From assembly GCA_013265495.1 (NCBI GenBank), contig MU058687.1, forward strand, positions 496,001 through 560,000: a stretch of DNA of 64,000 nt. Reading direction: 5' to 3'. Made by a program: the position numbers and the translations under genes. A model generated the notes under the pieces. It was not told the origin of the DNA. It saw only the letters and a list, made by a program, of their open reading frames with translations, and searched no databases. The DNA is from Vicugna vicugna (Eukaryota). Of this stretch, positions 12,909 through 24,099 are shown piece after piece; the first letter of the stretch is position 1; every line of letters starts with the position of its first letter.

Positions 12909-13460
12909 GCATATATATTTTACATACATGGCATCATGCTATTTCTGTTCTATGACCTGCTTTGTTTACTCAATGAACTGTGAATATCTTGTAGTACCCA
13001 TGAAAACACAGGAAAATCACCAGTTTTATGACTATGCAGAATACCATTGTATGATTATTTATAATGTATTTCATTAATTTTCTCTTAATGGACATTTAAG
13101 TTGTTTCCAGTGTTTTACTAAAGTAAATCATGCTGTGATAAACATCTTTACTCTAGATCAAAGTGAATGGCACATTTAAAATTTTTTATACACTTTGCCA
13201 AAGTGACTTCCAGAAAGACTTGTGCAAATTATATTTCTAACAGCAGTAAATAAAGTACTTATATACCTGCATCTTACAGCCAACTCTAGATACTGTGAAA
13301 TTTTTTTAGTATTTACCCACTTTATAGGTCAAAAATTATGTTTCAGTGTTTTTTATAAGTATTTCTTTGATTGCTGATAAATTTATGATTACTGGCCACT
13401 TGTTTTTCCTCCTTTTATGAATTTCCCATTATAGTCCTTATCTACTTTTCCATTGGTTCG
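12690..13460 (-). mobile_element. Degraded old L1ME-like fragment
   Basis: GGACATTTAAGTTGTTTCCAGT, ATGCTGTGATAAACATCTTT, ATTTCTTTGATTGCTG. Confidence 0.6.
12872..12905 (+). repeat. (AC)n microsatellite, about 17 units
   Basis: Uninterrupted ACACAC run seen directly. Confidence 0.95.
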
Positions 13461-13469
13461 GCTTCCAGT

Positions 13470-13930
13470 ATTTAAAGGTGAAGAAACTTGAGGTCCAAAA
13501 TAATGAAGTGACTTAGACCTCAGTCACCCAGTAATTTAGTGACAGAATTGGTGAATCATATAGATCATCATGTAGAGCTGGAAGGGAATCTTAGAGATCA
13601 TCGAGTCCCAACCCTCCAATGTTACAGATGCAGAAACAGAGGCCTAAAGATATTAGGTGACTTGCCTAAGGACAGCCACACAGCTCATTAGTGACAGAAC
13701 CAGGAATGTGAGTCATGTCTGATGAAGAGGGAAAGGCAAGTAACATTTTTGAGCCTACTATGTTTCTCACGTATCTTTTCTCATTTAATTCTCACTACTC
13801 TTCTGCTGTTATTCCCATTTGAACAGATGAGGTAATTGAGGTTTGAAGAACTTCAGTGATTTGCCCAGTGAAACACCTAGTTATTTGCAAAACTGGGATT
13901 AGAATCCATGTCCTCTGATTCTTAATCCAG
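13470..13930 (-). mobile_element. Cluster of three MIR fragments
   Basis: Repeated MIR cores: GGTGAAGAAACTTGAGG, TTACAGATGCAGAAACAGAGGC...GTGACTTGCCTAAGG, AACAGATGAGGTAATTGAGG...GATTTGCCCAG. Confidence 0.7.
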
Positions 13931-16472
13931 GGGTATCATTGCCTCTTAGAATAGTAACAGTAGGTATGTTTCCTGGCTTCATTCAAATACTCATTTGATA
14001 AAATATGATTTGCCTCTTAGGAGCTTATAAATAAAACTCTGCCTCTATTTAATAGTTCTTATTTGATACTGGACACCAATCTGACAATGAGGTAAAAGAA
14101 CTTTTCATTATAAGCAAAAGCTGATCAGAAACCATGTCTTAGGCTTATTGAGTGAATAGACTTGAGATTCATGAGCTAGATATGACCTAAAATTTGTACA
14201 GTAGTAATGTCTGAGTTGAAACTTAGTATTATCTTAGAACTATTTTTATTCCATAGAGAATAACATCTTAATATATAAATTGAAAATGACATTTGGGTTC
14301 TCTGAAGTGTAAAATGGATCTCAAATCATCAAGGGGTCAAATAGGAACAAAATCGAAATCATGTCAATTGCATCCTCCATAGCTCTAAAAAAAAGCCTGT
14401 TATCCTTCATTTTTTGACAGGGCTCACACTTTCAAAATCATGTTAGCACTAATTTAGTTGAGGCTCCATCCTATATAGATGCACAAAGATTACTATTGAC
14501 TTGTTTATAACTTTATTGACACTCTTGGTTCATTCATTTGTGTGGAAGTTAGTTGGTAAAATTTGTGTTCTTCATTTCTGCTTTGCAGACAGATCTTATA
14601 AGTGTTTGGGTTGATGTTTTTTAAACCTGCCAGTTTTATGTAAATAAGTTGAGGAAAGTGGAAGTGTGCACATGTGACAGCATCTTTTTTTCCTTCACAG
14701 AGAATTTTCTAGGCTTATTGAATAGAGGGGCCAACAATGAACTCACATTGTTCTAGTCTTCAATAGTATGGATCTGTTAAACTTTATTATTTAAGAAATA
14801 GACATTCTTATCTGGTATTTTTCTGATTTACTTTATTAGAACAAAATTACATGTTAATTAATACATCTAGATTCTGGTAAAGTTTGGGGTTTGGTTTTGT
14901 TTTACCTTTTTCTTTTTTGTTTTTCCCTCCTCTCCTACAGCCTTTGTCACTAGAAGAAGGTAAAACATAAAGAGTTGGGCAGTTGAGGGAAGTGGTATAG
15001 CTCAAGCCATACCACTTTAAAGCTCATGCAGAGGTGGTTACATAAGACTATAGAGCATTCATTCATGCCCACTATCAACAAACAAGCATCACGAGAAGTA
15101 ATTCTTATTCTAGTATCAAATATAATAGTCCTTTAAAATCTCCTTTGGAATGTTGAAAAGAGATCAAATGAAACTTTCTGAGTGGTTATTTATAGGGGCA
15201 GAAGAAACCTCCAATTTCATTCATCCATTGTAGCTCCACTTTCTCATTTTAATGCTCAGTCCACAGTGGTGATGGTAAAAGATGTCCTGCACCTACAGAG
15301 ATGGCAGTGGGAGAGGGGCCATCACCTTTCCATTTATTGCTTGTTGCAGTTTGGCCTGTTTACAGACCGAATTGCTGGGTGGGTGCTTCTAGTGGAGAGT
15401 GAAGGAAATCAAGGTAGCAGCAAGAAATCAGCATTTACACATGACCCATGAATTGGCTAATTTTTAACGTGCAGTTAGTTAAGAAATGATTACAGCCGGA
15501 GGAGTCATGACCTCAACTTTTCATCAGCTCCATTGGATTGTGCCTCAGTTTGGAAATGAAGGAGGTATGCAGGAAGTTTTAATTGTACCTGTGTGATTTA
15601 TCCCTAGTCAGCTCTTTAATTTCTTCTGGCTGTCTGAGGTTTCCGACATGCTGTAAATTTCCCCAACTTTTTCATTATCTGCAATTTCTTTATGACTCGT
15701 GAATCGGAGTGGAGAGAGAGTGTGGATTTACAGCGGAGATAAACATGTCCATAAAGTCTGTATCTGTGTCAGTAATTGTACTGCTGTCAGTGACTGTCCT
15801 GTTTTACAGGCCTCTCTTGGGAAAGGAACCAGCCTCACTACCAGCAGCACTGAAGTGCTTGCTTTGATTTGCATTAACTTGCTGGGAGATTGGGTAGGAA
15901 TGATGGGATAGGAATTGATACTGGACCTTGGCCTCTCTTGTTTGTTTGTTTGTTTGTTGTTTGTTTAAGGTCAAGTGGCTTCGTGTTGGAAATAGAACAT
16001 GCGTGGACAATGTTCATTTCCTAAGTAACTATTGCAACATATATTGATTTGGTGAGTGTGAAAAATCCTTTCTAACTTCACATTATACAAGGCATTTACG
16101 ATGATTTTCCTTTTCTATTGCTATTGATAATTAAACTTGGATCTTTTTTCATCTTTCCGTTTTCATTTTCTTAGAATTAAAACACAGGGTTTTTCTTTTA
16201 GAACATTAATTTCTCTTCAAGAATGTAGGCCAGCCAGAGTTTTGATGATGACTACATCTGCCATGTCTTAATTCTTGTCTCTCTCCTGACGGCTTGAAGT
16301 GGTGCGCCCTCAACCGTTTGCCATGAGAAAGGAAGTCTTGAAATGGAGAGAACTTCTTCATATTCCTGTCTTTAAAGATGCTTCAGGAATTCTCTAGTGC
16401 TTGCTTTTTTTTTTTTAATAGCAGTTGTGAAAGAAAATGAAGTTAAGAGAAGCCCTTTTAAAATAGATGGAG

Positions 16473-16544
16473 AAGCAAACACATACTTTTCTTCTAGTAC
16501 ATTCTAGTACATTCTTCTAGTACAAGCAAACACATACTTTTCTT
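16473..16544 (+). repeat. Complex local duplication: 21-bp direct repeat around TTCTAGTAC(A) units
   Basis: AAGCAAACACATACTTTTCTT at 16473-16493 and 16524-16544; the 30-bp spacer is built of three TTCTAGTAC copies. Confidence 0.9.
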
Positions 16545-18214
16545 AATATTTGAGCAGATCCTTCAAAAATCAGAACTGTCTTTGCATTTCCTGAACCTTC
16601 TGCGAGGTAGTTTAAAAGAGTAGTAGGTGGCAGTACAGTTTAACAAAGAGAGGATAAGACGCATGATAAATCTCAACCTTTAGTCAGGCCATGAGTCCAA
16701 ATAATATAGACAGTTATCTAGATAACTTCTAACACCTTTAACTTCTCTTCCTTCTTCGGCTTGCATTCCTTTTGCCATCTTTCTACCAGTAGATGGGAGA
16801 GGAAAGATTAAAGGAGATGATATTGTTTGGCTTTTTTCCAGAAGCTATGGTGAAAAGTATAGTTAGAGAAAATTATGGCTAATATGAAATTTGAAATTAT
16901 CTGTGGTTTTAATTCCTTCTCTCTCCTATTGCCATGGTAGGAGAAATTGCCATGATTACTCAACAGGGGATAAACTACTTTCTTTGGGTGAGAGTAATAA
17001 ACTACTCAGACCCCTTTATTTGTCAATGAACTTGCCCTTCTTTAGAAAAGGGACACTTTTTCACTCATTTTTTTTCTTTGCCATCATGCAAAGCAGTGTT
17101 CTTCAGGGAGTAAGCTTATGAAGTTACTTACTTTGTTACCTAATTCTAGTTTGGGAAAACTTCTAGTATGTGCCTTACTATGTCTGATTTAACAAATATA
17201 TACAATAACCTAAAACAACCAAACAGACAAAACTTCAAATTATCTTCTTAACTTGATGCCATAAAATCCTATTTTATTTTATGAACTTATACAATTATTT
17301 TCTTTAGTGAATGCCATATTGGAAGTGCTTGTCATCCATTTTGATGCAGACCTTTATTTTTTTCTTTTGTCATTTATCCATTTTATACAATACAATTGTA
17401 AGCGCTTATAAGTTTAGACTAAGATAAGGAGTTTCATCTGTATGCCTGCTCAGTTAGTCAAAGGAAGAGTGAGATGTCTACCTAGTTCTGACTATAGAAA
17501 TGAGCTTTCTGGTTGCTCAGGTTGAAATGCTTGTTCTTACTAAGACTGTCTCCTCCCCAAAAATAGTTTTACAGGTGGGGAAATTATAGTGTTCTAGCTT
17601 TGCAGGGGAAGCATTTTTCTCCTGGTTGAAGAGAAAATAGTTTATGGTTGTCTGCTTCTGTTTCTGCTGCTGTCAGCTGTCAAATTCAGTAAAAACAAGG
17701 GTTTAATTAGCCAACAGTCTCACAGTGTTGGAAGATAATTGCATTAATAAAGAAAAGAGCAACACAATAAAAGATAATTTGAATACCAATTTGTCTACCT
17801 GCTATTCTCTGAAATGGCTCCCTGGCAGGATTGGTGACTTTGTATTAAAGGTTTAATAAACATAGGCACTGGAGAATGATTCAGTAACATGTCTCCCAAT
17901 GGAAAAAGCACAGGCTTTTTGTTCCGCCTTCTCCTTAATCAGGCTGAGAATGGAATCCAGGAGTAGCCAGGCTTGAAACTTAAGGGAGGGCTGGAGTATT
18001 GATCTGTTAACTATTTGTAGGAAAGATAATTCTTGGGTGAAAAATCCTATAGTGGTTTATATTTTTTAGGATCCCTGACTCCCTTGGAGTTGTAAATTTA
18101 AAATAACTTATTTCAAATTATCAAGTAAATGAATATCAATGCCACAAATACATCAGGGAAGAAGACCTCTCCACTAACTTAAGGTGAAATTCCCATGGTC
18201 CATTTTCCTCCAGA

Positions 18215-18570
18215 AGTTCATTATGAAAAAATTTTAAACATCCAAGGAGCTCCCCAGATAGGTAGGTAGATAGGTATGAAATATTTATATTTATTTATTA
18301 ATTATATACATTTATTTATTTATTTTCTCCTTGAACTATTTTGAAGTAAGTTTCTGACATCAGGCACTTTACCCCTAAATACTTTAGGACAGTTCTTCTT
18401 CCTAAGAATAAGGATAGCTTCCTATATAATAATACTATTGTTACATGAAAAATCAACTATAATTGCAAAATACCTAATATCCTTCCATATTCAAAATTTC
18501 TTAGTTGTCCCTAAAAATCTTGTATAGCTTTCTTTACTTTTTTTTTAACCAAAATTCAAAGTTCAGGCAG
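18215..18570 (-). mobile_element. L1MC-type 3' UTR fragment
   Basis: GAACTATTTTGAAGTAAGTT..GACATCAGGCACTTTACCCCTAAATACTT..TTCCTAAGAATAAGGA. Confidence 0.6.
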
Positions 18571-19633
18571 TGTAAATGCTGATACATTCTTGATAGAACA
18601 CTTATTACTAAATTCTGCGCACCAACTCTTTTAATAAATATTTACCAGTGTTTTCATATGGTGAACATGTATTTACTGAGATGACTATCATTTTCCTGTA
18701 GAGTTTCAAGTTCTCCCTCTACACTAAGCCTGCTTTATCCAGCTTTGTTCATCTATTTCTCGTATTTGCTCCTTCTCCTAGCAGAATTAGCTATAGAATT
18801 GATCTTTTCTCCAATAACTACTCCACTCAGTAAACAGAGTAATATTTTTGAAACACAAATTGACATGTGACCTTATTCCCTTCTTAAAACCCATCAATGT
18901 CTTCCCATAGCTCTTAGGATAAAATAAAAAAACCTTTCACTTGGCCTTACAGCTCTGCATGATCTGGCCTTTCTCACACCATGTTCATATCACATCATGC
19001 TTCCCTTTCTGATCATTGGCTCTACAAACTCCTAAAAAGAAATAAGTGAGGTAAGAATTCGAGGCACACTTCGTGGAAGAGGTGAAACTTAAGTAGAAGT
19101 TAATGAGTAATATTTGCATATGGGAGGAAAGAAGACACTTCAGACTGGGAAGCAATTTGGGGGTATGAATTGGTTAGAGTCCTGGAAAATGTGGTTGGAA
19201 AAATGAGGAACCAAATTGTAGAAAGCCTGAAGGACCAGGCTGAGGGATCATTTTCAAAAGTCTGGTAGCCACTCCCAAAGAAAATTGAAGAGTGTGTTGA
19301 TGGATCCAAGAGACTAGCTAGGAAGCTGTAGCTATCCAAGAATGCAGTAACTGCTTGTACTAGATAGGATGCTATGAATGCAAAGGAGGGGACAATTGAG
19401 AGATATTTGCAGGGGGAAATAGACATGAAATTTATTAGACTGAAGAGACACAAGAGTCAAAATGATTTCAAGACTTTAAGCCCCTGTGATTAGGAGGATA
19501 CAGATTAGGATGTAAGTGGGGGTATACATTATAAAACTTCAGTTTTGTTTGCTAAAGTATTGTTAAGGCATTATTGAAATGGATAACTTAAACAAATATC
19601 AGGGTTATAGGCTAAAAGATTGTGGATATCGGG

Positions 19634-20129
19634 TCTGTTAGTTAGGATGAAGTTCAAGTACATATAATAAGAAATCCAAAATAATTGTAGCTTACACAAA
19701 GTAGAATTTTTTTCCCCCGCACCGAAAGGAAGGCTGCAGGTAGACAGGCCCAGGCTGGAAGGGCAACTCCACATAAAGAACTGAGGCTTCTGTCTTTCCA
19801 TTCCACTTTCTTAGTGCCTGGTTTCTATCCTAAAGGATACCTCCTGGTCTAAGATGACTGCTAGAGATCTAGCCATTAGGCCTGCCTTGTAGGCCAGAAG
19901 AAGGTGGTAAGGGAGAAGTACAAAAGCAGTGCCCACAACTGACTTCTTTTCCTTTGAGCAGTCTCCCTGGGAATCCCACAGAATTTAGTCATCTGGACTG
20001 ACTGACCTAGTTGCAAAGAAGGTATTCTTTTATCCTGAGCTATAATTTTGCTGGGTAAGAACTGAGGTTCTGTTAATGAGGAAAGGGGAGAATAGGTATT
20101 GGGATAAGCAACCAGCATCCTCTGCCGCA
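19634..20129 (-). mobile_element. MaLR LTR (MLT1J-like)
   Basis: Minus strand starts TGCGGCAGAGGATGCTGGTTGCTTATCCCAATACCTATTCTCCCCTTTCC and ends ...CCTAACTAACAGA, about 500 bp. Confidence 0.7.
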
Positions 20130-20412
20130 GGGAACAAGGGACCTATGCAAGAGCAATGATTGGTCAGTAGAAGTAGATAGAAGAATGTAAGGTGATGGTT
20201 ATGTTGAGAAAGCTCAGAATTAGTAATTTTTGAGGCATGTGTATGGATGTTAATCTGTGAATTTGCACTTCATTCTTATAATTTATTGATTATCTTGTGT
20301 GAATTATAAACAAAGCGTAGGGACTGATTCTGTTTTCTTCCTGCACTCTATGTTTAGTATTCCAAAAATGGGTGAACACAAGCCCAACAAGTCCTTTTAA
20401 GAGACTTTGCAG

Positions 20413-20512
20413 GGTGAGGGGGTATAGCTCAGTTGTAGAGTGCATGCTTAGCATGTACATGGTACTTGGTTCAATCCCCAATACCTCCATTCACAAAAAA
20501 AGAGAGAGAGAG
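20413..20512 (+). mobile_element. vic-1-like SINE, short-tail form
   Basis: GGGGGTATAGCTCAGTTGTAGAGTGCATGCTTAGCATG...GGTTCAATCCCCAATACCTCC plus an A/(AG)n tail. Degenerate TSD AGAGACTTTGCAG / AAAGACCTTGTAG. Confidence 0.9.
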
Positions 20513-23272
20513 AAAGACCTTGTAGACTTTGAAGTGGTCAGCTTTTAATATTGACCATTTCTAACAGACAGCTTATTAATATTTATATCTACTCAGCAGG
20601 TTCTGAATAGATATTTCTAATTATAAAGAGAAATACTTTGTTCTCTGATTTCTGTATATTTACCAAAATTCTAAGATACCAAAAAAAAAAAAGATTGTTT
20701 AAGTAAAATTTTCTTTTGTGCAATTACCCTGGGCTAGGGACTCCAAGGGCTAATTTTTATTTTCACTATGTCTCATAGCCTTGATTGTAAATAGGCTGTC
20801 AAGATTGTTGAATGAATGATTGAATTATTTCTAGAGCCCAAAATTACATAGGCTCTTGTGATATTTAGAAGTTAAAGGCAGTCTTTACTGTTTGACATAA
20901 TAAAATTTGTTTCATAGCCACTGAAAAACTAAAATATCCTATATTAATGTATAATATATAATTAATATAATAAGCTATTTTTATAATGGCTCTATTGCTA
21001 ATTTTTAAAAATCTAGCTCCTAAGAATACTTTTCAGCAAAATATGATTCATTTGGAAGCATTTTTTGAGAACTTAGCCCAAAATGTCAGATAAAGCTATC
21101 AGATTTATGCTGCTTAAAATCAGCATTTTACTCTTCATATTTAGAGAGAATTTCTTACTTTCCTTGTAGCACTTTGCTGCAGAATGTGCATGGCTTTGCC
21201 CTACTTCTGGTGTCTGGGTTCTCATCCTCTCAACAGCATCAGTATTAAGCCAGCCTTCTTTACCTCCTCGATCCATATTAAACCTGTCTTGGAGTCTGTT
21301 TATTGGATAATATAGCTACACCGGGGCTCTATGACAATATCTTTTGCTGCCTCATTAACTCTGGAGCATTAGAACAAGATAAAAATGCCCTAAAGCCTCT
21401 TATCTGATGTCTGGTGTAACCTGCTGAAAGCAGGAGTGCCATTAGTTTATGTTAGAAATCAAATAGCCCTCTCCAGTGCAGGAAGTACTGATTAAAGCTG
21501 AAGTGTCCCTGGAGGACTCTACAGCTGTCACAGGGGTGGTGGCTGTCCCTCACCAAAAGGGAAATCTGGGCCAGAGGTCCCAATGGGGTGGTGCTTTGAG
21601 AACTCGCACGTGGCTGCCCCAGCTGTTCTGTTTTGCCTGTTTTACAAGAAGAGGCTGGGTATTGTCATCACAAGCCGCCTTCCTTAGGGACTGGAGCAGG
21701 CCAAATAATAAGTAATGTTAGTGATGGTAATTGAAATTTGATGGCTCTCCTGGGATCTTTATAGCCTGAAGCTGGTTGGCACTTGTGGATTGTCTGTGCC
21801 TACCGAGATCCTATTTGAAGTGTGCCTTTTTTTTTTCCTTCAGTTTCATAATAATGTTGTGTGAATTTTTTTTTCTCCTCCCCACTATAGAAATTTTTTG
21901 ACAGAGTCAGTCTTACGAACATTATGGTGGATTTAAGTACAAAAGGAACAGCTTTGGCTTTTTCATTTAAATTATCAACAATGCAACAATAAAGAACTTA
22001 GTCTTTTGGGGGACCACTGCAGAGATCTCTCTAGGCTTTTAAAAGAGCATTTTAAACTTATACAAGTAATACAAGCTGTTGATTTAAATTTTTTTTAACT
22101 AATATGGAAAGATAAAGTAAAAACCTTACCTGCTGAACTTACCAGAGGTAACCACCAACCGTTTCTCCATGAACACTTCCAGACATTTTCTATGTGTTAA
22201 TGAAGTTTATATATGTTACCACATACAGATGAAATCATAAAATGTATACATACTATTTTGTGACTTGTTTTTCCCACCCCACAATGTATCTTGGGTATCT
22301 TTCCACAGCAGTACGGATAAATATACCTCATTGTTTCTCAGCTGCTACATAGAATTTCATAGTATGGGTATACCAATGCTAGACTCTTTGTAGATAGTTT
22401 GACTTGGACCTATGAGTGAATACTTACTGTACCAACTGGTTGCACTCAGTGATTTATGTTCCATGGTTCAACCTATGATTTTACATGAAGTGATTTCTGC
22501 TCTTTAGGAATATTGCCTTTAGTTTCAGGACTGTTGTGAAATAGGAAACACTGGAGGTAAAAGTTTCTGGAGGGCTGGTGTGAGTGTTGTCATGGATCAG
22601 CAGCTGGACACTTGTAGTAATATACACCCTGCTGTGTGTTTTAAATTCTTTGCTTAGTTAAATGAGAAGTATTCTGTCCTAGATAGGTGCAGAAAACAAA
22701 TAGCCTTTAATGGGTGTTGTCTAAAGCATTGACTGGAGGCTTCCTCTAAAGTTGAATAAGTGTTTTCTCCCCTAATTTTCTACTTCACAAGTTCCAAGAA
22801 TCAAGTTATGAATGCATTAATGGACTTGGAAAATGATTTGTCAGCACGTGAAAATGAGGACTTGGGTTTCTTGTGTAACAGCTTGGCTCACAAAGCAAGT
22901 TTGTGCCTCATGAACTTTAGGGCCCTTGCTGGGAGTAGCTGTGTGGTGAATGAAGCAAAGCAATTTTCCAGGAGCATTTCAGGTCAGTGATGGGAGAAAT
23001 CAGTTGTCTTCTCAGGCAAACAGAAACCTAATTTTATTTTATTTTTTTAACCTTTTTCTTTTTATTGCCATCTGCTTTTTAAACTTGCTTTTAGGTAGAA
23101 CCAAAGGTGATTATCTTCTAATGCCAGTAAAATTCAATGAGAAAATACTAATACATGTTATTGAGGAAGATATGTCCAATGAAAAACCTAATTTTAGTTG
23201 TATCTGTCTTCAATAGAATCTATACAAATTGAGTGGTAGAAATTTTCACTTCCATTGCAAATAACATTGTAG

Positions 23273-23402
23273 AAGGGGGAGGGTGTAGCTCAGTGGTAGA
23301 GCGAGTACTTAGCATGCATGAGGTCCTGGTTCGATTCCCTAGTACCTCCATTAAAAACAAACAAGCAAACAAACAAAGCTAATTACCTCCCCGCTTAAAA
23401 AA
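23273..23402 (+). mobile_element. vic-1-like SINE, long-tail form
   Basis: A and B boxes, AATTACCTCCCC tail and poly(A). TSD AAATAACATTGTAG (23259-23272) / AAATAACACTGTAG (23403-23416). Confidence 0.92.
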
Positions 23403-23745
23403 AAATAACACTGTAGGTCTTTTTTAACTCAAAGTCCTACAGACTTATTTTCTCATACTTCAAAGTTCTGATTTGCCCGAGCATTGTTGAAGAGATGTCA
23501 TTTTAATGAATTGTGAAATGCCAACTAGTTTGGTTTCAAGTTTCCTATGCAGTGTTTTCCCTCTCCTTGATGTTAGTCATTTGAATTGATATACAATGCT
23601 TAACTTAATATTTGGAGACCATTATTAATAGCAGTTACTATTTATACTCAATTTATTTCTTGTTCAAGCCTTCAGTAGATTCTTGGGAGATACAGGTATA
23701 CAGAAATTTCAGGGGCTTTTGTGGGCTATTGGAGGTCCTCTAGAC

Positions 23746-23925
23746 CTGGGCTGTTCAAAAATGGTAGTCACTAGCTGCATGTAGCTGTTTAAAGTTAATT
23801 AAAATTAAATAAAATTTAGAATTTAGCTCTTCAATTGCACTAGTAAATGCTCAGTAGCCACATGTGGCTGGTGTCTACCATATTGGACAGTACAGACACA
23901 GAATACTTCCATTGGATGGCACTAC
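23746..23925. mobile_element. hAT-Charlie MITE (MER33/MER3-like)
   Basis: ATGGTAGTCACTAGCTGCATGTAGCTG...AGTAGCCACATGTGGCTGGTGTCTACCATATTGGACAG. Confidence 0.75.
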
Positions 23926-23927
23926 AC

Positions 23928-24099
23928 TAAAGTTTGGCAAGCTATGGCTCACAGCCCATTTTTGTGTTCCCTGTGAACTCGGAATGGCTTTTACATTTTT
24001 AAAGGGTTGTAAAAATAAAAACCCAAAGAGACCGAATGTGGCCCACAAAGCCTAACGTTTACTATCTAGCATTTTACAGGAAAAGTTTGCTGACCCTTG
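23928..24099. mobile_element. hAT-Charlie MITE (MER58-like)
   Basis: TTGGCAAGCTATGGC...GGCCCACAAAGCCTAA..TTTACTATCT..TTTACAGGAAAAGTTTGCTGACCCTTG. Confidence 0.75.

Noticed and set aside
23273..23350. tRNA-Ala(AGC)-like cloverleaf, and similar ones at the other SINE copies
   Set aside because: These have A-rich tails, TSDs and stem-breaking substitutions, so they are SINEs and not tRNA genes.
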